This document shows, piece after piece, positions 32,750 through 56,099 of a DNA stretch of 64,000 nucleotides (positions are counted from its first letter, which is position 1; each line of letters begins with the position of its first letter). The stretch covers positions 11,222,001-11,286,000 of the forward strand of contig NC_043023.1 of assembly GCF_006345805.1 (NCBI RefSeq), given 5' to 3'. The position numbers and the translations under genes were made by a program. The notes beneath the pieces were generated by a model. The model saw nothing but the letters and a program-made list of their open reading frames with translations, was not told where the DNA came from and made no database searches. The stretch comes from Octopus sinensis. Lineage: Eukaryota.

Positions 32750-32970
32750 GTTGAGTTGAGCTGGCAGAAACGTTAGCACGCCGGGGAAAAGTATTTCATC
32801 TGGTGTTACGTTCTGAGTTCAAATTCCACCGAGGTCGACTTTGCCTTACATCCTGTTGGGGTCGATAAATAAAGTACCAGTTACTCACTGGGGTTGGTGT
32901 AGTCGACTTAATCCCTGTCCCTGTTTGTCCTCTCTGTGTTTAGCTCCTTGTGGGTGATAAAGAAATAAGA
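32750..32970 (+). mobile_element. SINE family C
   Basis: gagctggcagaaacgttagcacgccggg head and gactttgcctt(t/a)catcct...ggggtcgataaa core; further copies at 33150-33350, 49175-49400, 49525-49757, 59325-59490 and 60595-60812. Confidence 0.7.
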
Positions 32971-33149
32971 AATCGACCCCAAGACAGGGACATAAACACA
33001 CCAATACCAGTTGTTAAGCGATGGCTGAGGGAAAAACATAGATACACACATTTATACACATACCCAAATATATACATGCATACAAACACACATATATAGT
33101 AGCCTAAGTACCCAGCGTTGCTCGGAATGTAAAGGAATGTTAACCCTTT

Positions 33150-33350
33150 AGATACCTATTTCTTTACTACTCACAAACAAGGACAGACACACGGATTAAG
33201 TCGATTATATCGACCCCAGTGCGTAACTGGTACTTATTTAATTGACCCTGAAAGGATGAAAGGCAAAGTCAACCTCGGCGGAATTTGAACTCAGAACGTA
33301 ACGGCTACGCATTTTACCCGGCGTGCTAACGTTTCTGCCAGCTCGCCGCC
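33150..33350 (-). mobile_element. SINE family C
   Basis: Reverse complement of the family C consensus, ending tttctgccagctcgccgcc. Confidence 0.75.
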
Positions 33351-34917
33351 TTTTGATACCAACCCAGCTGGCAGGCACCCCCTCTGACTCTGTAGTACAA
33401 ATAAATGTCTTGTTTTTATGAGTTTTGATTTAAAATTTTCCATCAAACTTTAGTCACAACTTATGTTCCAACACCAGGTTAATGATAACCACCAAGTTAT
33501 TTTATGAAGCTGTTGGTTATATTTAAAATTAATTGAAAGAAACACATAGCATCTCAACAAGATTCATCATCGTTTAATGTCCGCTTTCCATGCTAGCATG
33601 GGTTGGAGGGTTCAACTGGGGTCTGGGAAGCCAGAAGGCTGCACCAGGCCAGTCAGATCTGGCAGTGTTTCTACAGCTGAATGCCCTTCCTAATGCCAAC
33701 CACTCCATGAGTGTAGTTCACAAAAATCTATTATCTTCCATTATCATTAGTAGTATTATTATCATGATTACAGCCTTAAAGGAAATCTTGCTCAACTTAC
33801 CCGATCCAGATATACACGAGTCAGTGATGAGTAATTAATCAACGTAATTAAGAATTTAATTGGCGCGAAGGTCAAGTGCTGCTGGAGTTGTTTCCCCTTA
33901 AAAAATTATATTACAGCACTTATCCTATAGATGGCGCTACTCACTGGGGTCAATTTTGATTCTTTCACCTGCAAAATTTTCAATGAGAAAAAAAAAATCT
34001 CGGTTTTTTGTGGGAAATCAAATACCCTGACCCTTAATATGCTGCAAACTCCTCATTTATGTTCAGAAAAAAGGGTTGGGTGAGAAACCACACCCCATCC
34101 TGGAATCACTTGAAATTTTTTCTTTTTATTGAATAAATTCTGGTGACCTCATATTATTCCACAAAACCCCTTTCTTTGTGGTTTGGAAGACGGGATGGGG
34201 TGTGGTGGAAGTCTCAGACATTTTCATAGAAAAAATAACTTTTTGATGTAAATAATTTTTGGTGTCAATATGGTCCGATTTGAATTTTTTCTTCTACGGA
34301 AGGAAGAGCAATCCTTCTTCTATCATACTCTCAACATTGGTCAACTTGCACCGCAGGGTCTCGGAGGAGATAGTGTTAGTTGAAGGCTACCAAACCTGCC
34401 ACACACAGACAGCTTCAGCTTTATATATAGAGAGAGATTAAATACACAACTGAAAAAGTTACTACTAGTTACATGCTATTATGACGCTTGAACAGGTATA
34501 TTTATAAAATGCACCATGTATCTTAAAAAAACAAACCAAATCTGACTGGAACATGGAGCAGCACTCTGGCTTGCCAATTCATGTCACACTTTCCCATCCA
34601 TGCCTGCATAGAAAATAGACATTAAAGGATGATGAAGATGATGATGATGTTGATGATGAAAACACAACAAAGACAAAATCAATGTCACTTAAAACTTTTA
34701 TTCCTTATTCCCATTCCTTTATTCTCTCATAACAAATTCCCCCAAAATCCAGAATAATCATCTTCAGAAATCAAAGTCATCTCTGTGTTGATATACTCAG
34801 ATATATAAATGATATTGAAGTTGGTAATGTCAAGCTTGAACAAAAAAAAACCCATGTCTTTTAGCAGACAAAATATTCATAATTGTTCTCATGTTATAAA
34901 TTTTGATATTGATACTG

Positions 34918-44681
<9,764 letters not shown>

Positions 44682-44683
44682 TA

Positions 44684-45040
44684 TCTCTCTATATATAAAC
44701 GGCAAAATGTCTGTGTCTCCTTTATACAAATCCACAATTTTTCAGTTAGAGGGCTCGCACTTTCTATGGTCATTCAAAACCGTCCAAGGGTGGTCGTGCA
44801 CATCTTTACATTTCCCCAGTCACCCCGCAAAGCCATTAAATCAATAGAAGTAAATTTTTTGTGAATTTTCTATCCCAAACCCAATCAAAATGCCCGAAAC
44901 TTGATACGCCAATTGAATGCCAGCTAGCTGTATGTGATTGGTTGGAGATTTGGACAGTACTCACGTGTATGTGTGCACGTACACAGCTGTATATGCATGC
45001 ACTAGCATTATGACCCAGTGTTGCCAGATCATATTGCTAG
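44684..45040 (+). mobile_element. Short Helitron-like element, paralog of 21478-21841
   Basis: A|TCTCTCTATATATAAACGGC ... gacccagtgttgccagatcatattgCTAG. Confidence 0.65.
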
Positions 45041-45196
45041 ACAAAGAATAATTTGTTATACATATGACAATGACTGTGCTTGTTTTATTTCTACGAATGT
45101 TTGTGTTCAGTTGTGTCACAATCTTCAGACAAAAATTTAGTGTCGTGTTTCTTTCATCTGTCATCTTAAGATCCAAAACTGCAAATGTAAACTGAT

Positions 45197-45540
45197 GGTC
45201 GAGAAATGGATTAGCCTGGTTACAGAGAAGAAGTGATGAGCAAATTTGATATCTATGCATTTTCTGATTTTCATTCAAATCCTGTGATATCCATTTGTCA
45301 AGCTTTTTGACTTTTCAATTGCATGCAAATGGCTGCAGTAGTTTTCTACCTTGTTGTTCTTTTGCCATTCCTTGAGTTGTTTTACATGGATCTCTCTCAA
45401 TGACTGTCTTTAATTGATAACAGATGGACATCCACTATGCTCATGATCTTTATGGCTCAGGTCTCCACTGTGAAATTATTTAAACCATTTTCAATCTGAC
45501 CACTCACTGCTCATTTCCTCACCAAATTTCATAATGATGA
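45197..45540 (-). mobile_element. Mariner transposase fragment
   Basis: Manual translation: WF...SGDLSHKDHEHSG...KWISQDLNENQKMHRYQICSSLLL...NPFLD, matching the mariner HTH/WVPHEL region. Confidence 0.75.
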
Positions 45541-45898
45541 CCACCTAAGCCTGCATAAAAATGGACATTAAAGTATGATGATGATAATGTTGATGATGAA
45601 AACACAACAAAACAAAATCAATGTCACTTAAAACTTTTATTTATTATTCCCATTCCTTTATTTTCATATAACAAATTCCTCAAAAATCCAGTACAATCAT
45701 CTTCAGAAACCAAAGTCATCTCTGTGTTGATATATTTAGATATATAAATGATATTGAAGTTGGGGTTCATTAATATCAAATTGCTAATGATGAAATTAAA
45801 GTTGATGAGGTCAAACTTGAATAGGAATGAATCTAGTCTTTTAGCAGACAAAATATTTGTAATTGTTGTCCTGTTGTAATAAATTTTGATACAGATAG

Positions 45899-46888
45899 TT
45901 AAACTTGTGTATGAATACTTGCATGTGTACTTAAGTGGCCTTTTTGAGAGAAACATTTACCACAGACATCACAATGATATGGTTTCTCTCCTGTATGAAT
46001 ACGCTTGTGACTAGTCAAAGTGGTATTATGAGAAAATGATTTACCACAGATATTACACTCATATGGTTTTTCACAAGTATGAACACGTTCGTGTCTAATC
46101 AAATGATCATTGCGAAAGAATGACTTGCCACAGATATTACAATGATATGGCTTCTCTCCTGTATGTGTACGTTTGTGTTTGCTGAAGTCCCCACTTTGAG
46201 TGAAAGATTTACCACAGATGTCACAATGATATGGTTTCTCTCCTGTATGAACACGCTTGTGACTAGTTAAAATGCTATTTTCAGAAAATGATTTACCACA
46301 GATATCACACTGATATGGTTTTTCCCCAGTATGAGTACGTTTGTGAGTGGTTAAAATGCTATTTTCAGAAAATGATTTACCACAGATATCACAGTGATAT
46401 GGTTTTTCCCCAGTATGAATACGTTTATGGATAGTCAATTTACTATTTCCAGAAAACGATTTACCACAGATGTCACAACGATATGGCTCCTCTCCTGTAT
46501 GAACACGTTTGTGATTAATCAAAGCATTATTTTGAGAAAATGATTCACCACAGGTATCACATTGATATGGTTTTTCCCCAGTATGAATACGATTGTGACT
46601 AATCAAGTGACTATTACGGGAGAATGATTTACCACAGATTTCGCAATGATATGGCTTCTCTCCTGTATGTGTACGTACATGACTAGTCAAGTGACCACTT
46701 TGAGAGAATGATTTACCACAGACATCACAGTGATATGGTTTCTCACCTGTGTGAATGTCTTTGTGTTTAGTTAAGACTCTTTTTTCACTGAATGACTTAC
46801 CACAGATATCACAGTGATGTGGCTTCTCTCTTGTATCAGGGGTTTTTGGTTTAGCAAAATTATCCATTATGAGAGAATAATTTGTCAT
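45899..46888 (-). CDS. C2H2 zinc-finger protein (ZNF locus 5), 11 fingers, intact
   Basis: Open frame with 11 canonical fingers ending IHTQV*. First ATG 46888 (alternative 46867). Acceptor CAG|AATATCA at 47254-47256. Confidence 0.9.
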   Translation of the reverse strand: MTNYSLIMDNFAKPKTPDTREKPHHCDICGKSFSEKRVLTKHKDIHTGEKPYHCDVCGKSFSQSGHLTSHVRTHTGEKPYHCEICGKSFSRNSHLISHNRIHTGEKPYQCDTCGESFSQNNALINHKRVHTGEEPYRCDICGKSFSGNSKLTIHKRIHTGEKPYHCDICGKSFSENSILTTHKRTHTGEKPYQCDICGKSFSENSILTSHKRVHTGEKPYHCDICGKSFTQSGDFSKHKRTHTGEKPYHCNICGKSFFRNDHLIRHERVHTCEKPYECNICGKSFSHNTTLTSHKRIHTGEKPYHCDVCGKCFSQKGHLSTHASIHTQV

Positions 46889-48578
46889 GCATATCACAAC
46901 AATAATAAATTTTTCATTTCTATGAATATATTTAATGCTACAATTCTTTCATCTGTGATCTTGCTTAATATCCAAAACAGGAGATGTAAACTTAATTAAC
47001 CAGTAAGTTAATTAACCTGTAAATTGATCATCTCCTCAACATTCCAGACAGTGAAGTCAAGTAAATGTTGCCGTTAATTGCATTGTCCAGAAAAATTATT
47101 TTCCCATCGTTCATTGAAGATTTTATTCGTATAAAGAGGTTGATGCGTTGATGAATGTGCTTTATGAATATATGGTCTTCCTTTAATTGATGAAAGTCAA
47201 TCAAAATATCAAAGGTACATCTGAATGAAGAAACGTCAACATGATGTGATATTCTGAAACAGAAAAAAAGAAGCAGTGAGATAAAGAGAATCGTTAAACG
47301 ACATAGTAATTCAACATTGCAAATCTTACAACATCAACACTGTCATCCATTTAATATCTACGTTTGCATGGGTCAGAATCCATTGAGGCTTTGAAAGTTT
47401 TACATTCTGTATATAGATGAATCGCTTCAACATTTCTTTAATTATTTATCTGTTTTCTTTCTCTTCTAAGTAAATAAATCATTTCTTAAAACAATGTATA
47501 TAATTTTTTTACACAAATTAAATATTTTTCGAACAGTTGCCGGAATTTTAACAAAAAAACAATCAAAGGCGATTTATTAGTAAAAAATTCAATATTGGTA
47601 ATTGTTAATACACAAAGTAAATATTTTTTGAAACTAAGTAAATAAATTATTTTTATAAATAAACTAAGTTTAGGGTTAAAAAGTCGTTGTAGGGTCGACT
47701 ACTTACGACTAGCTAGTAGTACCGATCTGTTGTTTATGGAAACCAATGATAATAATAATAGTAATAATGAAATTATTGTATACAGTGCTCAGGTGCACCA
47801 CAACTTGTCAGAATGTGCGTATAAAGCATATGCAGTAATGTAAAAATGTCTGGAAAGCGAACAATGTATGAGTCAGATACATGCCCGTGTGTGTATGGAG
47901 GGGAGAAAATCAGGTGTAGTGTTGATCGAATGTTACATGTCAATTAATTTTAGAAGAGTGGTCCCGGTGCGCGTACTCGGCTAGCTAGTCGTGACTAGTC
48001 GATCATACAACTACCAAGCAAAGTAAATAAAATACAAAATAAATAATAAATAATGTTTTAAACAAATACTCTGCGGCCGTTTCCCAGCACACGACATGGC
48101 ATCGTCGCAGATACTGTAGGAATTAAGACGTCTTCAAATTATTTTTATAAACAAATTAAGGTTAGGGTTAAAAAGCCGTTTTAGGATCGACTACTTACGA
48201 CTGTTCGCTAGTAGTACCGTAAACCATTGTCAATTTACCGTATTCACATATAAACAACGAATCAGAGTTCAGTAATTAAGCACCTTAATTAATAATTTAC
48301 TTGGATCTTGGTTTAAGTGTTGTAGAAGTTATTTCCCTTTATACGATTGTATTTCTTTAATTCTCTTATAGATGGCTCTACTGAGCGATTGGTTTCGTTT
48401 AAGGGTTATTCTTTGTCCCTTTCTGTCAACAGCTTCCCCTTCAAGTTCTTTCAAATTCTCACCAGATTATTTTAAGGAAGTGTACTCACATATTCTACTC
48501 TGCGGCCGTTTCCCAGCACACGACATGGCATCATCGCAAATACTGTAGGAATAAAGACGTCTTCAACCCCTGCCTTCC

Positions 48579-48619
48579 TGACGTCATGCCATCGTACTTC
48601 CGGTCCCTTCCTGACGTCA
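48579..48619 (-). promoter_or_regulatory. CRE-ETS-CRE motif cluster, putative promoter of locus 5
   Basis: TGACGTCA 48579-48586, ACTTCCGG 48596-48603, TGACGTCA 48612-48619, in a CpG-richer patch ~1.7 kb upstream of the ATG. Confidence 0.55.
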
Positions 48620-49524
48620 TTTCCTCTCCCTTCTAATTATTCTCCTTCCTTGACAATTGACCCGGGTCGGAAGAACAATGCGCCTTTATTCCGTTTCGTA
48701 GTCGTCCATTCTGTTAAGGGCGAGGATCTTTTCGGTTTCAAAGGCAGTTTTTTCTAGCGGTGTCATATAAAATTGTCACCCATAATTATGACCCTAGTAT
48801 GGATCTATTGCATTTCAATCTGTTTTAGGGTTAGAAATAGGGATGGGGTGAAGGGTATCTTTTTTTTCTTCAGAAATGTAAATAAACCCAATCTGTTTCT
48901 TAAACGAGGGACATATTAATACGGCACAGAATGTTTTTTTTTTTTTACCTCAATAGATGTCATTGATTGATTGAAATCAAATTCTCACCAATTGGAATCT
49001 TTTCACAAATGCTTTCTACATGAGACCATCACCAAGGTATTCCATGTGCCAACAGTTCCTGCTTCTTAATGTGGTACCTTCACCAGGATATTTTCGGTGA
49101 CAGTATCATTAGTGCTTTTCCGTTTGTATGGCACCACCACCAGTGATTTTAATGTGGCACCCACAGCAGGGTTCTTATTCCTTATTTCTTTATTGCCCAC
49201 AAGGGGCTAAACATAGAGAAGACAAACAAGGACAGACAAAGGGATTAAGTCGATTACATCGACAACAGTGTGTATCTGGTACTTAATTTATCGACCCTGC
49301 AAGGATAAAAGGCAAAGTCGACCTCGGCGGAATTTGAACTCAGAACGTAATTGCAGACGAGATACCGCTAAGCATTTCACCCAGGTGCTAACGTTTCTGC
49401 TAGGATTCTTTACATGGCACCAGCAAGAGTGCTTTTTATGTGGTACCAGCATCAACAGGATCACCCAGTACCTTGCATGACAAAATCCCCCCACAACAGA
49501 GAGGGAAAGAGGTAGTATTGTAGG

Positions 49525-49757
49525 TGGCGAACTCGCAGAAACATTAGCACGCCGGGCGAAATGCGGAGCCGTATTTCGTCTGCCGTTACGTTCTGAGTTC
49601 AAATTCCGCCGAGGTCGACTTTATCTTTCATCCTTCCGGGTTCGATTAAATAAGTACCAGTTACGCACTGGGATCGATATAATTGACTTAATCCGTTTGT
49701 ATGTCATTGTTTGTCCTCTCCGTGTTTAGCCCCTTGTGGGCAATAAAGAAATAAGTA
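49525..49757 (+). mobile_element. SINE family C, inverted relative to the copy at 49175-49400
   Basis: Family C head and core present. Confidence 0.75.
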
Positions 49758-49957
49758 TTGAAGGGGTATAACTTTGGGCCAGTTGAGATATTTAGGGTAT
49801 AGAAGGGACAGTGTCTAGATTTAGAGAAACAAAACACAAGATGGTCAGTCTAACTTTTGATTCATTTTTCTTTTGCAACAAATTCATCAAAATCCAAACA
49901 CAGGCATTTTCAGTAATCAAGATCTCAGAGTCAATATTTTTATAGATAAAGATGATG

Positions 49958-50371
49958 GGATCTTTTCAGTTTGAACGGCAGATTTTTCTAGCGGTGTCAT
50001 ATGAAATTGTCACCCATCATTATGACCCTAGTATCGATCTATTGCATTTCAATCTCCTTTAGGGTTAGGGGTGGGGGGAAGGGTATCTTTTTTTTCTTCA
50101 CAAATGTAAATAAACCCAATCTCTTTCTTAAACGAGGGACATATTCATACGGCACAGAATGTTTTCACCTTAGTAGACGTCATTGATTGGTTGAAATTGC
50201 AGAAATTGAAGGAAAAAAACAACAAATATCTTACAAACTATAAAATTTTCTCAATAAAACCAAGAGAAAAAGATGTTTCATAAACACATTCTACCAGTAT
50301 TACGAAGTTTAAAAGTGTTTAGTTACGTAGAAATTATTTTTAAAAATCTGCCGGTCAAACCGAAAATATCC
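49958..50371. mobile_element. MITE, GGATCTTTTC TIR family, complete
   Basis: ggatcttttcagtttgaacggcag ... ctgccggtcaaaccgaaaatatcc. Confidence 0.8.
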
Positions 50372-51982
50372 TAGAATATACAAGTACACTTTGTTAAAAT
50401 AATCTGGTGAGAATTAAAAAAAACTTGAAGATGGAGTTATTCACAGAAAGGGACAAAGTTAAAAAGACACCGGAACGAATCCAACAAATCAGTAGCGCTC
50501 TCTATTGGAGAATTAAGGAAATACAATCATATCAAGGGGAAACAACTTCTACACCACTTCAACCACGACGCCAAAATAGCTAATTAGGGAAGTTAATTAG
50601 GGAGGTTAATTACCGATCACTGAGTCACTGTTTATTTGTGAATACGGTAAGTTGACAAATATTTACTTTAAGGCTGTAATAGTGTTGATAATACTACTAA
50701 TAATAAGGTAAATGATAGAATTCTGTGAACCTCTCGATGTTACAGTAATTATTTTTCCAAGCGGGAACCTGACAATAATTAGGAAAATATATTTCTTTGA
50801 CTTAATTAATAACTTTGAAGCTGAAATGTTGATTTGTTGTTTATAAAATACTATGACCGACTGTTACATGTGATATAAAGTAAATTAGTTGGTATAAATG
50901 AATGTAATGTGGCATAATTAATTAGTAAAATGAGAAGAAACCGATTGAAGATCATATTCGTTCATAGGAAGTTGTTTTACACCTATTACACACATTTTTT
51001 TTTTGATTTTCTGATATTTGTTACGCCCTATATTAACCCATTAATTAACGTTGTCCCGTTGTTAATGAGGCATTGATAAAACGGTAAGTTGAGAAAGATT
51101 TGCTTTAAGGTTATATTAATAATCGTAATGGTGGTTTCAAATTTTGGTCCAGGGCGAGCGGGAGTCGATGACACGGGCCCCAGAATTTCCTGAACGGGAT
51201 GAACGGCAAAGTCAGCCTCGGCTGTATTTGAACCCAAGACTTCTAGCAACGGAAAAAAGATTCAATGATTTGTGCGATATTTGGTTGATATTTGTAGCTG
51301 TGAAAGAAAAATGTTTTTGATTTGTACGCGATTTGACTGCTATTTCTAACTATGGAAGAGAGATGATGAATTGTGTGGGATTTGGCTGCTATTTCTAGCT
51401 ATGGAAGAGATATATATTTGACTTGTGTGGGTTTGGTGTCTGTTTCTATCTGTGGAAGCTACCTTCTACATTTTACATCGTTGCCAAATTCGGAAAAGGA
51501 AGAATTACATGTTTCATTTTGTACTGAAAAGACAAAGTGGAGAAAAGAATTGCAATGGTGATCTGTGTTCTAAAGGGGTGAGGAACAACGTTCCAAAATC
51601 ATTGATAGCTGTGTACCCCCACCCCGAATTTATTGTCTCATAACTTGCAGAAAATAGATACATTTTACTAAAACTTTCAACAAATAATCTCTTGGATCTT
51701 GTAGGTTGGGTGTACCTAAAGATTTGTTGGAGAAAATTCTTCCAAGGAGATTGGCAGAGGAGTTTTGGTTAATTCACACGACCCGACATCTGCCCCTTTA
51801 TAATTTTGAGGAGAGTACCTTTGAAACCGTTTAGATTATGATTATTGGGTTAGTGCATAATTATTTAACAAAAACATCTTTAAATGGCGGTCTGACTGTC
51901 TGCCAAGTAAATGGGAAGCAGTAATTGAAAGAAACACAGAGCATCTCAAAATAAATACAGTAACGAAAGGGTTAATACAGTC

Positions 51983-52365
51983 TATGGGGATTGGACATTA
52001 AGCATAAGCCAGTGTGAGCAGTGGTTGCAGAAATTCCAAGCCAGAAACTACAGGCTAGAAGACGAGCCTTGTCCTGGAAGATCTGTAGAGCTCAATGAGG
52101 ACAATGTACAAATTCTGGTGGAACAAAATCCCATCCTAACTGTTGAAGAACTGTCAGAGATGCTTGGATTTGGTCATTCAACCATTCATCGACATCTGAG
52201 AGAACAATACTGGAGGAGTATTTTTCATCACGGACAAGTGAATTTTGGAAGAGTGCTCTGCACGTTTGCTGCATAGATGGAAGAGCATTGTAGAAAATGA
52301 AGGAGAGTATATTTTAGATTAAAAAAGAAATTTGTTTATTTTAATTATGAAAAATAAAAGAGGCA
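51983..52365 (+). mobile_element. Internally deleted mariner element
   Basis: YGDWTLSISQCEQWLQKF...LEDEPCPGRS...TVEELSEMLGFGHSTIHRHL (HTH) joined to a C-terminal RWKSIVENEGEYI. Confidence 0.75.
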
Positions 52366-53005
52366 TTATTTATGAGACATAGGCAGAAACAGATCTGCGC
52401 GCACAGCACACGGATTCACACTCATACACAGACATAAACTTATACACACACAGATGTATATATAGATGTTTGTGTGTGTATGTAAACTGTATGGATATGT
52501 ACGCTTTACACAAGATTTTCTGATGTAAATTTTAATAAATTAAAATATTCAGTTGTTGAATGTTTATATTTATAGTTTATCTCCATAGAAACGAATCTGT
52601 ATATTTTACATAGCCTCTAAACCTTACGCTGTTGTTTCTCTATAATTTCAGAACATCAACTGACATTGACGTAACAGAAGAAACATCCTCAATATTTACC
52701 ATTTTTTGAAGACTAAAGCAAAATATTATGCAGAACAGATGTATAACATTGTTTGTAGAAATCTGTTGTAGAATTCCTGTGAAACATTTGCTCTGAAATA
52801 ATACTATTAGCCAGGACTCGGAACAACACTGACTGGAGTATCAAGAAGAGGGGCTTCTGTGCTGGTGAAACTTGGATAAATTTATGTAATTGCTGCTAGA
52901 AAAAGGTAACAGTGGACAGAAATACAGGAACAGGAGTATTTGTAAGGAATTAAGTATAACAATAAAAGAGGAAAAATATTTTAACTGGGATTTGAGAGGA
53001 AAATA

Positions 53006-53926
53006 ATGGAAAAGAGTGAGAAACTTCAAGAATTGGTTACCTCTGAACAAATTATAAAAGAAAAGAAAAATTTGTCTTATGAATGTGACATCTGTAAAAA
53101 GGTGTTCTCTATCAAAGGTAACCTAATTTCCCACAAATGTATTCATGCAGGAAAGAAACCATTGCACTGTGATATCTGTGGTAAATCATTCTCTCAAAGT
53201 AGTAACTTGACTGTTCACAATCGTATTCATACGAGAGAGAAACCGTATAGTTGTGATATTTGTGGTAAATCATTCTCTCGAAGTTATGCTTTGAAGGGAC
53301 ATGAACGTATTCATACAGGAGAGAAACCATTTTACTGTGAGATCTGTGGTAAATCATTTTCTGATAGTTTCAATTTATCTGTACACAAACGTACTCATAC
53401 GGGAGAGAAGCCATATCGTTGTGATATCTGTGGTAAATCATTTTCTCACAGTAGTCATTTAACAAGACACAAACGTATTCATACAGAAGAGAAGCCATAT
53501 TGGTGTGATATCTGTGGTATATTATTCTCTCAAAATAGTACCTTAACTGCACACAAACGTATTCACACAGGAGTGAAGCCATATCGTTGTGATATCTGTG
53601 GTATATTATTCTCTCAAAATAGTACCTTAACTGTACACAAACGTATTCACACAGGAGAGAAACCCTATCGTTGTGACATTTGTGGTAATACATTCTCTGT
53701 AAGTAGTTCACTAACACAACACAAACGTATTCATACAGGGGAGAAGCCATATCGATGTGATATTTGTGGTAAATCATTCTCTCAGAATATTGCCTTAAAA
53801 ATACACATACGTATTCATACAGGGGAGAAGCCATATCGTTGTGATATCTGTGGTAAATCATTTTCTGGAAGTAATAACTTAACAAAACACAAACATACTC
53901 ATACAGGGGTGAAAGGAAAAGGGTAG
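53006..53926 (+). CDS. C2H2 zinc-finger protein (ZNF locus 6), 10 fingers, intact
   Basis: 306-aa ATG-to-TAG ORF; acceptor TTTCAG|AACATCA at 52651. Confidence 0.92.
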   Translation: MEKSEKLQELVTSEQIIKEKKNLSYECDICKKVFSIKGNLISHKCIHAGKKPLHCDICGKSFSQSSNLTVHNRIHTREKPYSCDICGKSFSRSYALKGHERIHTGEKPFYCEICGKSFSDSFNLSVHKRTHTGEKPYRCDICGKSFSHSSHLTRHKRIHTEEKPYWCDICGILFSQNSTLTAHKRIHTGVKPYRCDICGILFSQNSTLTVHKRIHTGEKPYRCDICGNTFSVSSSLTQHKRIHTGEKPYRCDICGKSFSQNIALKIHIRIHTGEKPYRCDICGKSFSGSNNLTKHKHTHTGVKGKG

Positions 53927-54739
53927 TCCCTATAGTTTCCTGTTTGCTATATTTGTTTAATATTCCTGCGTTTTATGCAATGGAAATTATGATTAAAATA
54001 TTTCCCAAAATTTCAGTTGTTTGTTTTGTTTTTGCAATATTCACCTCCCACTCCATCCTTGACCACTCATGCAGTTTCCTTTCCATGGTGTAAGGACCTC
54101 TTATACCAAATCTTCTCCTCCTGACACCCCCACACATTATTCTTTCTTGAATATTGCATCTTGTAATTACAATATATTTATTGTTTATTGTATTTTAGAT
54201 GCTTCACTCATTAAATATGCCAGCCAGGTGAAGGGTGACAAAATGGTTGATCAGGGAAGTTTCCAGAGCTATAAAAGCAGGAGAAACCAGAAAGGGAGAA
54301 TATGAGGCATATGTATAGTTTAGTGCCCCACACCAGATGGATTCCTTGTTAGTTCTGAATAATCGTTTCTTCAAATTAAACTTTTCAGAGATAAGTTTTC
54401 GAAGGTCCAGATTAAGATTATTTTCATAAGCTTGAGAACGAACATTTTGGAAGAGATTCTTATTATGAACCCCACCCTGTTTTTGTCAACCCTGACTTCA
54501 TAACTTGGGGAACCCTACCAAGCACTTGATCAACTAAAAATCTGGTGGCACACCAGCCAGACTGGCTACATTCTCACTAGAAAGCAGAACAGGCAGATAC
54601 TTGTGAATGCCCAGTTCTTCCCAGGTAAAGAATGGAATTAACAACATAGGTTGGCAGTGAGTGATTTGAGACTTAGAGCTTGAAGGTCTGAGAGATTTCA
54701 ACCAGTCTAAAAATGGAAGGCCTAGAAATTTAGGGATTC

Positions 54740-55202
54740 TTAAGCCTTTTGTTACCATATTTCTGTTGAGATACTCTGTGTTTCTTTCAATTAATTTTAA
54801 ATATAACAACTATTAAAAATAATGTAGTCATCATTAAGGTAGAGTTAGGAACAAATTGTGATTAAGATTTGGTGGAAGATTTTAATTCAGATCTTTTGAA
54901 AACAAAACATTTGTTCTATGGGTCCAGAGGCAATTTCAGCCAAGCTGGTACCAAATGGGTTAAGAATTGTTTCTCTATTATATATTTTAACCCTTTGTTA
55001 GCATATTTCTTTTGAGATGCTCTGTGTTTCTTTCAATTAATTTTAAATATAACAAAGAACTTAGTTATCATTAAGCTGGTGTTAGGAACATAAATTGTGA
55101 CTAAGGTTTGGTGGAAGATTTTAATTCAGATCTTTTGAAAACAAGACATTTGTATTACAGAGCCTGAGGCAGTGTCAGGCAGGTTGGTCATGAAAGGGTT
55201 AA
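54740..55202. mobile_element. piggyBac-type MITE tandem pair, inverted relative to 20445-20857
   Basis: TTAA|CCCTTT...AAAGGG|TTAA at 54987-55202, plus a second copy at 54740-54963. Confidence 0.75.
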
Positions 55203-55413
55203 AAGCAGTTGGAGAAGAACTAATGAAAGACTTTGAGAAAAACGGGGAGGTGAATGACAATTGGAATATCCATTGAAGTAGTTTGTGTAGAGCTGCAGAA
55301 CAAATATGCAGCTGGTGCAAACTATTATATTTGTTTTTGTGTATGAATAAATCTAAAGTCATTGACTGGTGATTTTCTGTTATACGTAGAAGGAATTTCG
55401 ACAGGAAACCAAT

Positions 55414-55852
55414 CGATTATTAGAGAGCAATAGCGTTTGGAGCGAGCAAAGCGTTGGCGACAGGTGGTGCGATCAATCAAAAAGCCGTCATCTTGGCGGC
55501 GATATCGCCTGCGAGTGTGTCCGGTAGCGTACGTAACACATGGACGCATCGTGTTTATGCACGTGGCTAAGGCGGCTATTGCTCTCTAATAATCGCTTGC
55601 TTTTTATTTACTTAATGCATTCTTCACTTCGGCATACTGGACAGAGATCGCATCGCATTCATGCACGCATTAGCTGTCTATCACCGCCTTAACCGCATGC
55701 ATAAACGCGATGTATCCATGTGTTACACACGCTACCGGACACACACTCGTGGGCTATATCGCCGCCAAGATGACGGCTTTTCGATCGATCGCACCGGTCG
55801 CCAACTGTTTGCTCGCTCTGAACGCTATTGCTCTCTACTACAAATCGCTTGC
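55414..55852. repeat. CpG-rich nested inverted repeat (foldback)
   Basis: ~150-bp arms (55422-55575 vs 55684-55836) are reverse complements; the left arm is bracketed by a perfect 21-bp inverted repeat. Confidence 0.85.
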
Positions 55853-55889
55853 CTGCATCCAACTTTATTACTAATATAATCATCATCGT

Positions 55890-56098
55890 CGTCGTCATCA
55901 TTATCATCATCATCGATTAACGTCCGTTTTCCATGATGGCATGGGTTGGACAGTTTGACTGAAATCTTGGAGAGCCAGCTGCTGCAACAGGCTCCAATCT
56001 AGTCTAGCATAATTTCTACAGCTAAATGCCCTTCCTAACGCCAACTATTCTGACAGTGTAATGGGTGTTCTTTATGTTCCATCGGCACAGGAGCCAGA
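55890..56098 (-). mobile_element. Retroposon family B copy
   Basis: catcatcgattaacgtccgttttccatg...gcccttcctaacgccaac. Confidence 0.65.
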
Positions 56099-56099
56099 T

